A stretch of 64,000 bases of DNA, taken from IMG/VR virus record IMGVR_UViG_3300038701_002052, positions 8,456 to 72,455 of that record; one strand, 5' to 3'. This stretch comes from a virus. The notes beneath the pieces are model-generated. The model was not told where the DNA came from. It saw nothing but the letters and a program-made list of their open reading frames with translations, and searched no databases. This document shows positions 52,034-61,222 of this stretch, in pieces (position 1 is the stretch's first letter; every line of letters begins with the position of its first letter). The position numbers and the translations under genes are program-made.

Positions 52034-52519
52034 ATGAAACTCATCACCAAAGACGGCCACGAGATCACGAGAATCGCCGAGATGCTTCCGTCATCGTCCT
52101 ACGTCAACGAAATCACCGTCGATCTGGATGGACGGATCACGGACATTGACTGTCAGGATTCTGACCCTCGGTTCGACCAGATCGAGCTGGAGGCCGCTGA
52201 TGGACAGCGCTGGTTCGTCCACCCCGTGACCGACTGCACCATTCTTGAAAAGGACCTCCTCCTCGTCCCTGACGAATGGAACGAAGGTGACCCGGTCCCA
52301 CCCGACGCGAAAGCTCCTGTTGTCGACACCTCCCGCTACGACAAGATCGTGGCGGAATGCCGGGACGAATGGGCGTCGTTTGACGAGATCGACATTGACG
52401 CGCTGCCGGTGATCAGTGAAGGGGACGACAATGGCTGCTACGTCCAGGCGTGGGCATGGGTCAGCTTCGACGGCGTCGAAGGACTCGACAAGGAAGCCGA
52501 GGAGGAGGATATTGACTGA
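52034..52519 (+). CDS. Hypothetical acidic protein
   Basis: IDIDALPVISEGDDNGCYVQAWAWV. Confidence 0.6.
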   Translation: MKLITKDGHEITRIAEMLPSSSYVNEITVDLDGRITDIDCQDSDPRFDQIELEAADGQRWFVHPVTDCTILEKDLLLVPDEWNEGDPVPPDAKAPVVDTSRYDKIVAECRDEWASFDEIDIDALPVISEGDDNGCYVQAWAWVSFDGVEGLDKEAEEEDID

Positions 52520-52542
52520 ACCGTGAACAGAAAGAACACACT

Positions 52543-52836
52543 ATGAAAACAGGTCGAAAACAGACAGTAGTATTCACTGACCACCTCAGGGATCGATCAG
52601 GCGAGGTCACGGTATGGACCGAACGCGTCAATGCGGAATGGCACCCCTACGGCGCGAAAGCGGTTGTATGGATTAGGGTCTGGTTCGAAGGAAAGATGAT
52701 TCGCAGAACATGCGGATCGGCGTTAGGGACGACCGAAAGGCACGCAATCTCCAACGCCCGTCAAAGCGCAATCGGTGCGGCAAGAAATGCTGGTGTGCTG
52801 GCAGCCCGCGATCAGGACGGATGGGAGCCCAAGTAA
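52543..52836 (+). CDS. Hypothetical protein
   Basis: A/C-rich leader followed by ATG. Confidence 0.5.
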   Translation: MKTGRKQTVVFTDHLRDRSGEVTVWTERVNAEWHPYGAKAVVWIRVWFEGKMIRRTCGSALGTTERHAISNARQSAIGAARNAGVLAARDQDGWEPK

Positions 52837-52853
52837 TTAATCTTCCGAATTTT

Positions 52854-53465
52854 ATGAACACCTCTACCAGTCTAAATACCTCCGCAATCGACAAGTTGAC
52901 CGGGACGCTCCCGGTGTACCTGAAATACGATCGCGAGATCAACCCTCAGCCCGCCTACCTTGAGATAGACGAGGACGGCTACGTGTCCGCAGATAGCAAC
53001 AGCGAAATTGGCAATGGCGTGCCTGCGAGCGTGTGGAACGGCCTTACGCTTCGAATCCATATTCCCAACCATTTGACGGCCCGAGGTATTCAGGGGTTGG
53101 TCACTGACCTGTTACCCCTCCTCGAACGCCTCCACACAGGCAACGAAATAGCGTGGAATGGAAACAACTGGACCGGGAAACTCACGGACGACGCCTTAGA
53201 AGCTGAAACAGAGATACTGCAATTCATCGATCGAAACTCCACCGATTACGAATCATCCGAGATTTGGGACGCCTGCGATTGGCTCCAGTCTGAAACCCCG
53301 GAATCGCTCGGAATCACCTCCACCACCACCGATGAGCAACTTCAGACCATCGCTGACAAAATCACCGAGGAGACAGAGCCGCTGACATGCGTCCTCGGCG
53401 TGGTCGAATACCTGCAAACCATACGCGATCTAATTGGAAGCGAAGACGAACCCGATGAAGACTAA
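52854..53465 (+). CDS. Hypothetical phage protein
   Basis: PQPAYLEID...EIGNGVPASVWNG. Confidence 0.6.
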   Translation: MNTSTSLNTSAIDKLTGTLPVYLKYDREINPQPAYLEIDEDGYVSADSNSEIGNGVPASVWNGLTLRIHIPNHLTARGIQGLVTDLLPLLERLHTGNEIAWNGNNWTGKLTDDALEAETEILQFIDRNSTDYESSEIWDACDWLQSETPESLGITSTTTDEQLQTIADKITEETEPLTCVLGVVEYLQTIRDLIGSEDEPDED

Positions 53466-53495
53466 CCACCCACCAATTCAACAATCACTCAAACC

Positions 53496-54020
53496 ATGAA
53501 CCAATACACACTTCCAACACCTCCCGTTTCTGGGAACTTCACAGACCAGGAAGACTTCGCGAAAAGCGTCAACTCTGCCGTGCGAAAAATGATTATCGAC
53601 CAGCGGGACGGAGGTGCGAATGACTGTTTCGGTGAGGTTCAGTGTGGGCTTGGCGGTGGCTACGCCGTCGACCTCAGCAATGAAGATGGTAACTATTTTT
53701 TTCACCCAATCGAGCGGGTCGTGATGCTGGTTAAACCCGAAAAAGAATATCCATCATTCGCGGAACTCATAAACGACAGGTGGTTAACAACCGCACAGGA
53801 AGAGCAGGAGGGATGGGAATGCGATATCGACCTGTCCGAAGTGCCGGTTGAATATGTTTTTGAAACGATCCCCGAAGCCGAGGCATGGCTGAAAGACCAG
53901 CTCGCCATGGAAGAGGATGGCCGTGCGGCTCACAAGGAACACCTCGATGAACTCACCCATGACAGGGAAGCCTACAAACACATGACACCAGAGGAACGTG
54001 ACGCGCACGACAATTTGTAA
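53496..54020 (+). CDS. Hypothetical acidic protein
   Basis: Long ORF with an A/C-rich leader. Confidence 0.55.
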   Translation: MNQYTLPTPPVSGNFTDQEDFAKSVNSAVRKMIIDQRDGGANDCFGEVQCGLGGGYAVDLSNEDGNYFFHPIERVVMLVKPEKEYPSFAELINDRWLTTAQEEQEGWECDIDLSEVPVEYVFETIPEAEAWLKDQLAMEEDGRAAHKEHLDELTHDREAYKHMTPEERDAHDNL

Positions 54021-54025
54021 GGCAT

Positions 54026-54241
54026 ATGAAAGAAATCGCAAAATTCGAATCTGAAAAAGCACTCCAAGCCTTCGTGAAAAAGAACGGCATGAGATTCGCA
54101 AACGCCTGCATTGACAACGACCTTGAAGACGAGGTGGGGTGGATCAAAGCTGCGCGGAGTCGGGGTCTGGCTGTGGTGTGGCTCGCAGACTATACGCTGG
54201 GCAAGGGTGCTTATCTCGCTTTCCATCGAAGATCTCCATAA
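54026..54241 (+). CDS. Hypothetical protein
   Basis: Small ORF. Confidence 0.45.
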   Translation: MKEIAKFESEKALQAFVKKNGMRFANACIDNDLEDEVGWIKAARSRGLAVVWLADYTLGKGAYLAFHRRSP

Positions 54242-54251
54242 TGCTTTACCC

Positions 54252-54518
54252 ATGAAACTCAACTGGACCGAATCCCGAACTGACGACTCCCGCATTTCCG
54301 TGGACGATGGTGTGATCACGGTCTACGCCGCTGAAGACGACCTTCCGGATCAATTCACCCTCCGTGAAATTGCTGAATCCTACGCCGCGGACTACGATCA
54401 CAGTGGCAACGATGAGACCTTCACCGTCGCCGAAATCGAGGACCTGGATGACGGCGAAACCCACCGCTTCGCCTTTGACGGAAACGGTCATTTCGAGTGG
54501 GACACAGACCGGCGCTGA
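54252..54518 (+). CDS. Hypothetical acidic protein
   Basis: MKLNWTES... Confidence 0.5.
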   Translation: MKLNWTESRTDDSRISVDDGVITVYAAEDDLPDQFTLREIAESYAADYDHSGNDETFTVAEIEDLDDGETHRFAFDGNGHFEWDTDRR

Positions 54519-54531
54519 CCCCCACCCTACA

Positions 54532-54593
54532 GCCTCTCCAACTATCAATCCAAAGCGAATCAATAGCTGGTTGATAGTTGAGTCGGTTGAGGC
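54532..54593. other. Long imperfect inverted repeat upstream of the recombinase-2 operon
   Basis: CAACTATCAA (54539-54548) / TTGATAGTTG (54571-54580), with outer GCCTC/GAGGC. Confidence 0.55.
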
Positions 54594-54644
54594 ATGAACC
54601 TTGCCCTTGCATTTCCGGATAACCTGAGTTACGGGTAATGCACG

Positions 54645-55022
54645 ATGCCGAAGCTTGGATTTGAAATCACCGTTCCCGACGATGAGCTTGAGAAGGCCCT
54701 GGAGTCGGACGAGATCTACCTCGACCTGACCTACCGCCTTGAGACCATCATCAAGGAGAGGGTCGTGAAGGCGGGTGGATGGGAGTCCACCGAGGCGTAT
54801 CGCCGGATGAAGCACCGGGTTGACATGGCGAAGGAGCGCCTTGACAAGTGCATCGAGCAGTTCGAGAAGAAGAAGGCATGGCACCTAGATCGCAAGAAGA
54901 GCTACACGCGTGTCTTGAAGCTGCGGGAAGGGAGAAAGATGGTGATCGCCCAGCGCCTTCAGGCCCAGATCCTGAAGCGTAAGGATGCCCCGCAGAAATA
55001 CCGTGAAAAAGGAACCACATGA
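54645..55022 (+). CDS. Basic coiled-coil hypothetical protein
   Basis: Operator 5 nt upstream; coupled to the recombinase. Confidence 0.55.
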   Translation: MPKLGFEITVPDDELEKALESDEIYLDLTYRLETIIKERVVKAGGWESTEAYRRMKHRVDMAKERLDKCIEQFEKKKAWHLDRKKSYTRVLKLREGRKMVIAQRLQAQILKRKDAPQKYREKGTT

Positions 55023-56110
55023 ACACATTGATCCGCCGTAACAACGGCTACTATTACGCTAGACTGGACGGGGAGGGAGGGACAAGGTATCTCTCGATGA
55101 AGACCCGTAACAAAGAGACGGCGAAGAAACGCGCCGCCAGTGCCGGCATTGACGAGATGAACGAGGCATCCAGGGCGGGGTCGCTCCGCGGACGTGCCTT
55201 CTCCACGCTCAACACCGGCCGCGTTTCCAGTCTCGTTGAGGCTCGTGACATGTGGGTCGATTGGTTGGACGCGAGTGGATCAAAGTCCGGCAAGACCGTG
55301 CTGAACTACAGCCAGCTCGTCGATGGGTTCCTGAAGGACACCGGGCTTGGTAAACGTCCGGCATCGGACCTCAATGCTGATCGCATCAACGGCTGGATCA
55401 ACAACCCGGAATGGGGGGCCAAGCGCACCACGCGACTTTCCGCGCTGGCGGCGTTGAGGAAGTGGGTCGAGTGGATGGGGGTCATGGGCATGGTGCCCGC
55501 TGGCATCGGGAAGATGTGCTACGTCGACGTGAGGTCCCTGCCCCACGCTCAGAAGGAGTCCATCCCCCACCGACCGATCACCCATGAGGAATATATGGCG
55601 CTGCTCACCGTGCTGGATGGTAAGCGCAATCCGTTCTACGCCATCGCGGCGAGGCTCGCGTGGGAGTCCGGGTTGCGGCTCTCCGACACGGCCACCCTCG
55701 AGTGGGACAGCTTTCATTGGGATGAATCAGGAGGCAGTCATCTGGTGGTGTGGACGCGCAAGCGGTCACGGCGCATCAACGTCCCCATGACGGACGAGCT
55801 GTGCGACATCTACGACATGATCCCCCAGGAGGTGTCAGATGGCAGGTTCTGCTTCCCTGATGAGGCACAGGCTGTCATGAAAAACCAGTCCGCCAAGCTG
55901 TCCACGTTCTTCGGGCGTGCGTTCAAGGAGGCGGACATTCCGGGCGCGTCCTTCCATTGCCTGCGGACGTCATTCGCCCAGCGCATGCGCCGCGAGGGGC
56001 GGCCGGACCAATGGATCGCACTGATCCTCGGCCACACGGACCACGCCACCACCCAGGGCTACCTGAATGCCGATCCGAAACCGGTCAAGAAGACGAAAGG
56101 TGGGAAATGA
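55019..56110 (+). CDS. Second tyrosine recombinase
   Basis: SGLRLSD (R), TRK, FHCLRTS (HxxR), LGH, TQGY; N-terminal YYAR arm-binding-like segment. Confidence 0.9.
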   Translation: MNTLIRRNNGYYYARLDGEGGTRYLSMKTRNKETAKKRAASAGIDEMNEASRAGSLRGRAFSTLNTGRVSSLVEARDMWVDWLDASGSKSGKTVLNYSQLVDGFLKDTGLGKRPASDLNADRINGWINNPEWGAKRTTRLSALAALRKWVEWMGVMGMVPAGIGKMCYVDVRSLPHAQKESIPHRPITHEEYMALLTVLDGKRNPFYAIAARLAWESGLRLSDTATLEWDSFHWDESGGSHLVVWTRKRSRRINVPMTDELCDIYDMIPQEVSDGRFCFPDEAQAVMKNQSAKLSTFFGRAFKEADIPGASFHCLRTSFAQRMRREGRPDQWIALILGHTDHATTQGYLNADPKPVKKTKGGK

Positions 56111-56114
56111 AATT

Positions 56115-56705
56115 ATGAAACAACCAACGACTCGAGAGAACAACCCGGATAGCCAGCTCGCTTTGGCTGAAGCTCGTGGTTCGGAGAACTATGTTTCATT
56201 TCTAATATGCTTCCGAACTACCGCAGAAATATACAGGAACGGACTGCCGCTCGGCGTGGTGAGAGATGGAAGATTCGAGCCACACGAGTACACGCTGCCA
56301 GATGGCTCGAAGCGGGAGGTAGCACTGGACACCGCGCTTGCGGCGCAAGTAATCAAAGCTGTGAACTCGATGTGTCCGACGAGCGACTTAGGTATGCCAG
56401 CCCTCCGACCAGAAAAGATTATGACACCAGAAACGAAATCACCACCAGAAACGCCAACCGAAGCCCCAGCGGGTAAGGGTTTGGCATCACCGCCTTGTTC
56501 TCCGTTGGTTGAAAATCTGGCGGCGAAAGGAGTATTCAAGGGATTCCACGGCCTAGAGGGATTGGTAAACTCTCAAGAGTTTTGGGACAAGCAACCTTAC
56601 GGAACTCGCCTCTACTACGGCGATGAGATCGGGGATTACTTGCACCGCTCGATTCTCGAAACAGCCGTCGAGATTTTGAAGGAGAACGAGAAAGGTCATC
56701 GATGA
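56115..56705 (+). CDS. Probable fusion of two cassette ORFs reading through an attC-like site
   Basis: Internal attC at 56374-56503 with an internal ATG (MTPETKS); both termini derive from attC arms. Confidence 0.5.
   Translation: MKQPTTRENNPDSQLALAEARGSENYVSFLICFRTTAEIYRNGLPLGVVRDGRFEPHEYTLPDGSKREVALDTALAAQVIKAVNSMCPTSDLGMPALRPEKIMTPETKSPPETPTEAPAGKGLASPPCSPLVENLAAKGVFKGFHGLEGLVNSQEFWDKQPYGTRLYYGDEIGDYLHRSILETAVEILKENEKGHR
56374..56503 (-). mobile_element. attC-like site (130 bp; R' core mutated to GTC)
   Basis: GGAGAAC-AAGGCGGT(G)ATGCCA(A)ACCCT ... AGGGCTGGCATACC..GTCGGAC. Confidence 0.7.
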
Positions 56706-56811
56706 GCCGCTATAGCAGACACAACCCCGAAGAACCAACCAGGCACGACTGGACGGCAGGCGGACGAAAGCCGGAAGCGCAAGGCTCATTCGCTGCACCG
56801 TCTGGTTCGGC
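56681..56811 (-). mobile_element. attC-like site (131 bp)
   Basis: GCCGAAC-CAGACGGT(G)CAGCG(A)ATGAGCC ... GGCTCATCGATGACCTTTCTC-GTTCTCC. Confidence 0.8.
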
Positions 56812-56998
56812 GCGGTGGAGTGTCAGTCTGGACTGCGACTGTCCGAAATGCGGGAAGCATGTGAACCTGCTCGACGCTCCCGACTTCTGGGATGGGAGAA
56901 CGCTCAACATCCCGGAACACGGGACGGAAAACAGCGATAACTTAGAAGTGCGATGCCCGGAATGCGACCATGAGTTCAATGTATGCTGCGAATGGTGA
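56702..56998 (+). CDS. Zinc-finger cassette protein
   Basis: CPKCG...CPECD; starts inside the attC loop. Confidence 0.55.
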   Translation: MSRYSRHNPEEPTRHDWTAGGRKPEAQGSFAAPSGSARWSVSLDCDCPKCGKHVNLLDAPDFWDGRTLNIPEHGTENSDNLEVRCPECDHEFNVCCEW

Positions 56999-57318
56999 AA
57001 ATACGTGATTATCAGGCGGTGACAGTGCTCGAAGAATGCGCGAGGACTGAATTAGATGGTGCCAGTTTGCTCACAGGGCCAAGAGATGTGGCGGGTCAAT
57101 TCTCGCTGGAATACCTCGCGGCTGCGTTGTTGCGAGGGGCCGAAGCGATCGAGCAGTGCGAATCTGAGAACAGTGTGACCCGTAACGTTGCCGGACTGTG
57201 TTGCATACTGGAATCCAAAGCGGCGGACTCCATGTTCAGCGGTGAGGTTGTGGCTGACATGTTCAACACGGTGCTAAGCGGGCATTCCGCTGAATCCACC
57301 GCTTCCAAATTCCTGTAA
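56983..57318 (+). CDS. Hypothetical protein
   Basis: ORF in the cassette-like region. Confidence 0.4.
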   Translation: MLRMVKIRDYQAVTVLEECARTELDGASLLTGPRDVAGQFSLEYLAAALLRGAEAIEQCESENSVTRNVAGLCCILESKAADSMFSGEVVADMFNTVLSGHSAESTASKFL

Positions 57319-57331
57319 CAGAAACCAAGAA

Positions 57332-57547
57332 ATGAAGCCAACTGAAATAATGGTGTGGACCGGAGAGAGCTGTCCGGATTGTGGTGATGAGCTGCAGGCG
57401 GTCGGTGACAATGACGGGTTTTATGACGGCTCGGAATGCGTGTGTGCTCGTTGCTCATTCCGCTCGGCGATGACTGTCCATGAAGACGGTTCAACGTGCG
57501 TTCAGGAGCCGTGTTATGATGGTGCAAGGAGAGGGGTCACGAAATGA
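57332..57547 (+). CDS. Small zinc-ribbon protein
   Basis: CPDCG...CVCARC. Confidence 0.55.
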   Translation: MKPTEIMVWTGESCPDCGDELQAVGDNDGFYDGSECVCARCSFRSAMTVHEDGSTCVQEPCYDGARRGVTK

Positions 57548-57801
57548 AGAAAGACGATGGTCTCCGTTGGATGTGCCGACTTGTTCGGTGGGTGTCCGCA
57601 TGGGCATGGAGTCACGAGATACGGAAAGCAAAGGACTTCGAGCGGGTCAGGGACGACAAGTGGCGGTATCGCGTGGCGCTGGAAAACGTCATTGAAAGCG
57701 CGACCCCAAGAAAGCGGGACAACCCGAAAATGCACGCAGCATGGAAAGCTGCCGATGCCGCGCTTTATCCACCGGACGAACAAACTGACACATCGAAATG
57801 A
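57544..57801 (+). CDS. Hypothetical protein
   Basis: Coupled ORF; ends inside a degenerate attC. Confidence 0.5.
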   Translation: MKKDDGLRWMCRLVRWVSAWAWSHEIRKAKDFERVRDDKWRYRVALENVIESATPRKRDNPKMHAAWKAADAALYPPDEQTDTSK

Positions 57802-57843
57802 AGCGAAGCGAAATGCAGGTTGATGACCAGCGCCTTGCCCACC
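57771..57843 (-). mobile_element. Degenerate attC-like site
   Basis: ACCGGAC-GAACAAACTGACACATC ... GATGACCAGCGCCTT-GCCCACC; resembles the arm at 41212-41233. Confidence 0.4.
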
Positions 57844-57986
57844 TCTGCGAAACGATCAAGGTGTGGTGGGAGGAGCACAGATTCGACACGGCAGGTGACT
57901 ATGGTGAATGGAATGTCTACGACAGTGAACCGTCATTCGTGGAGGAAGCCAAAGCCGTGGTTGGCGACTGGGAATCTCAAAGCTGA
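57798..57986 (+). CDS. Hypothetical protein
   Basis: Starts inside the attC-like loop. Confidence 0.5.
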   Translation: MKRSEMQVDDQRLAHLCETIKVWWEEHRFDTAGDYGEWNVYDSEPSFVEEAKAVVGDWESQS

Positions 57987-58002
57987 AAAAAGGTGACTAC
58001 TT

Positions 58003-58206
58003 ATGAAATACTCAAAATCTGAAATTCAGACACTCGTCGACAATTGTCATGGATGGAATGCGACCAAGCCGATCAGCGATGAGGATTTGCGGTCCTACAC
58101 GGACGGGGCTTATTACGGCGATTACTTCGACGACGAAGGACGCTACCTCGGCCCTGATGATAATGGCGTTGAGCCGGCGTTTGATTTTGGTTTGATTCCG
58201 AGGTAA
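58003..58206 (+). CDS. Hypothetical protein
   Basis: YFDDEGRYLGPDDNGVEP. Confidence 0.55.
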   Translation: MKYSKSEIQTLVDNCHGWNATKPISDEDLRSYTDGAYYGDYFDDEGRYLGPDDNGVEPAFDFGLIPR

Positions 58207-58228
58207 TGGACGCGAAACACCACCTAAA

Positions 58229-58567
58229 ATGAACATCGAAAAACTAATTCACCGCCGTGCCGAGAGACACGTTTCGGATCTGCTGGAATGCGAAGCAGAA
58301 GAAAAACTAAAGATGAAGGCGGTTAAAGTCGAAATGAACATCATCGAAATCTCAGTGTATGACGGCAACCCTGCAACCTCTGGCCCTTGTGCATGGCCTG
58401 ACACCTTCAGTGGCGAGCTGACCGACGGAAAAATCAGCGCATCCGCCGAACGCAAAATTTTGACGCAGGCTCGTAAATGCGGGGAATACAGCAAAGGAGA
58501 CCGGCTCTGGCTGATCGCCCGCGATGAAGACGGGATTAACGTCGCGGAAACCACCATCCGCCTGTGA
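58229..58567 (+). CDS. Hypothetical protein
   Basis: ORF. Confidence 0.45.
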   Translation: MNIEKLIHRRAERHVSDLLECEAEEKLKMKAVKVEMNIIEISVYDGNPATSGPCAWPDTFSGELTDGKISASAERKILTQARKCGEYSKGDRLWLIARDEDGINVAETTIRL

Positions 58568-58758
58568 GCCTCCCCGAACCCCGGGACGCGCTTCTAGTGG
58601 CAGGCAGGGAAAACCCGGACCTTCTTGATGAATACTGCGACGTTGAGAGCGAAATAAACCACACCTTCCAAAACGGGAGGTCTTTAAATAGCATTCGAGA
58701 AGCCATCAGGAACGGGGAACCCCCAAAGGTTGCCATCGGCGGTGATTGGAACATGTAA
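58564..58758 (+). CDS. Hypothetical protein
   Basis: Coupled ORF. Confidence 0.4.
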   Translation: MSLPEPRDALLVAGRENPDLLDEYCDVESEINHTFQNGRSLNSIREAIRNGEPPKVAIGGDWNM

Positions 58759-58825
58759 CCCCTCGTGAGGTGACCCGTAACTCGGGCTTGCATCGCGTGC
58801 CGTGTCCTGACAGAATCGCCTCCTG

Positions 58826-59485
58826 GTGGATTACAGGACCGTAGATGCAGCATTGGAGAAGACGGGCGGGGACAGGCGCACCGCCGCGATCATGCTTGAT
58901 GTCGGGGAGCGTGAGCTTTCCGAGTTCATCGGCCACACGAAGGAGCTGAGCGTCAAGTGGGCGAGGTCGGAACGCTGGGCCACCCCACCTGACCGGTCGT
59001 CCACTGACCGTCCGTCCCATCCGGCCATACGGAATCCCCCCGAGATCGTCATCGACGAGAAGGAGCTTGGTTTCGTGAACGCGTCCAAGGCGGTAGGGCT
59101 GGACAAGGTGGATGTCGAGCGACAGGTCGCCCACGCACGCCTTGCGGCCCAGTTCCCCGGCCAGTTGCTCCAGTCGGTCGGTGGTGGGATGATCAGCAAC
59201 CTGAGCCAGGCTCAGAAGCTGGCGGACATGGCGGCGGAACGCCTGATGAGGGATGATTACGATGGCGAGGTGCCTGACGAGCGCACCAAGGCCCGCACGG
59301 CGGATCAGGACTTCTACGTCAAGGTGTTCGGCCAGTATCCCGTCGTCGCCAAGACCCTTTCGGAACTGCAGATGAACGCGGCGAAGATCGCCGAGATGCG
59401 GCGCAACGCCGAGCGTGAGGAGCGCGGGCCGGCACAGACGCTCGCATTCGGGACACTCTCGAGGGTCGAGGAGGATGGCGAATGA
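58826..59485 (+). CDS. Putative terminase small subunit (Fis-like HTH plus helical domain)
   Basis: VDAALEKTGGDRRTAAIMLDV; lies directly upstream of terL. Confidence 0.5.
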   Translation: MDYRTVDAALEKTGGDRRTAAIMLDVGERELSEFIGHTKELSVKWARSERWATPPDRSSTDRPSHPAIRNPPEIVIDEKELGFVNASKAVGLDKVDVERQVAHARLAAQFPGQLLQSVGGGMISNLSQAQKLADMAAERLMRDDYDGEVPDERTKARTADQDFYVKVFGQYPVVAKTLSELQMNAAKIAEMRRNAEREERGPAQTLAFGTLSRVEEDGE

Positions 59486-59636
59486 TCTTCCTGACGGATC
59501 CACGACCCGCCAATGATGACGAGCCACCGGTCCAGGAGATCGGCATGTGCTCGTGTTGCGGCACACGCAGCGAGGTCCTTCATGTGGTGGGGGCGGGTGA
59601 TGGCATCTGCATCTCCTGTCTGCAGATGTTTCTCGA

Positions 59637-61217
59637 GTGAGTGACCCGCAGGATTTCGACCCGTCCAAGCCGTGGGAGCCTGACCAGGGTCCTTCGCAGC
59701 GCAAGGCGTTCCATGACTCCACCCCGATGCTCCTGCTCGAGGGCATGAAGGGGTCGGGCAAGACCAACGTCGCGCTCGACAAGGTGGTCCGTCATCAGGT
59801 GGAGAACCCGAACGCGCTTTCACTCATCATCTCCCCCACGGCGGCGGGTGGCAAGCTGGGTGTGCTCGACGAGCTGGAGCGCATCGTCCTGCCAAAGTGG
59901 AAATACGGGAATCGAGACTACACGGGCGGGCAGTTCGGCCCGTTGCTTGATCGGGGTATCGGGCTCCAGTTCACCGACCCCAAGGAGGACAGCAAGACCA
60001 AGGACATGACACTGCGGGTCCGGTCGCTTCACGAGCAGTCGACCAATCCCGACAAGTGGGGGAAGGTCGTCTTCAAGTCCATCCCTCACGCCCACCTGGT
60101 CAAGGAGCGCATCTACGCGATCTCGCCGTCGCAGGTCATGGTCGACGAGATCACGAACACCTCGGGTCCGGAGTATCTCACCCACCCAGCGGCACAGCTT
60201 GGGCGTCGTGCCGGCATTGCCGGGGTTCAGCAGTTCATCGGCACCTGCAACCCGGCCGGCCCGAGCCATTGGGTCTATGACCGCTGGCACCGGATTCCGT
60301 TTGACGAGGACGGGAAATACAAGGACAAGGCCAGCAGGAACTACCGGTTCATCTTCATCCCGGTCACGGAGAATGTCCACCGGATGCCTCCTGGTTACGC
60401 TGAGAATCTGGAAGCAATCTTCTCATCGAACCGCGTCGAGTATCAGAGAATGGTTGAGGGGTTGTGGGTCGACATGCAGGATGGGAATTCAATCTTCGTC
60501 GATTCGTATGTTGATGAACTCCATGTCATGGGCGACGCGGGCAAGGGCACTGGAATCATCCCACTCAAGGGGCACACGGTCTATGTAGGCATGGATCCGG
60601 GAGTGGCGAACTTCTGTGCGTCCTTCCTGCAGCGGGTCAATGTCGGGGACTCCTATGTCTGGTTGCAGTTCGACGAGCTGAACTACGTCGGCAAGCGCAC
60701 GCCTTATGACAAGGTTTGTGCGGACATGGCCGACGTGCTGGACTACTGGTCGGAGAAGGTCGGCGAGGAGCTTCCATGCCGCTTCATCGCCGACGCGGAT
60801 GCCTTCACCCGTCGGAACACCAGCGGCGGCTTCGAGGCTGCCGAGATCGAGTCACACATCAACAACCGAATCACCTCCCGTGGCCTGTCCATACGACGTG
60901 CCAGGCTGGAAAAATGCCCCAAGGGAAAGGGGTCGGTCGCCACCCGCGTCCGCATTCTTCAGGATCTTCTCATTCAGGAGCGGTATCTTCTGTCCGCCAT
61001 GTGCCCCAAGACACGGGACATGTTCATGTACCTGAAATCCAAACTGCCGAAGGAAGGGGTCTACAGCCCCGATGACGGCTTTCTTCCCATGCGCTCGCCG
61101 CAGCTTCACCAGTTCGACTCCACCACCTACCCCATACTTAAGATAGAAAACTCGGTCGTCTCCACGAGCACAGGCTCGGTCACGCCCCGTGTTTATGCTT
61201 GCGGCGGGTCACGCTGA
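59637..61217 (+). CDS. terL: Terminase large subunit
   Basis: EGMKGSGKT Walker A, VMVDEIT Walker B, TCNPAGPSHWV, YVGMDPG nuclease motif. Confidence 0.9.
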   Translation: MSDPQDFDPSKPWEPDQGPSQRKAFHDSTPMLLLEGMKGSGKTNVALDKVVRHQVENPNALSLIISPTAAGGKLGVLDELERIVLPKWKYGNRDYTGGQFGPLLDRGIGLQFTDPKEDSKTKDMTLRVRSLHEQSTNPDKWGKVVFKSIPHAHLVKERIYAISPSQVMVDEITNTSGPEYLTHPAAQLGRRAGIAGVQQFIGTCNPAGPSHWVYDRWHRIPFDEDGKYKDKASRNYRFIFIPVTENVHRMPPGYAENLEAIFSSNRVEYQRMVEGLWVDMQDGNSIFVDSYVDELHVMGDAGKGTGIIPLKGHTVYVGMDPGVANFCASFLQRVNVGDSYVWLQFDELNYVGKRTPYDKVCADMADVLDYWSEKVGEELPCRFIADADAFTRRNTSGGFEAAEIESHINNRITSRGLSIRRARLEKCPKGKGSVATRVRILQDLLIQERYLLSAMCPKTRDMFMYLKSKLPKEGVYSPDDGFLPMRSPQLHQFDSTTYPILKIENSVVSTSTGSVTPRVYACGGSR

Positions 61218-61222
61218 CCGAT

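Noticed and set aside
58706-59782. Long antisense ORFs (also 61599-62696, 3311-4036, 15056-15853 and others)
   Set aside because: Shadow ORFs of high-GC3 sense genes with Arg/Gly/His-rich nonsense composition.
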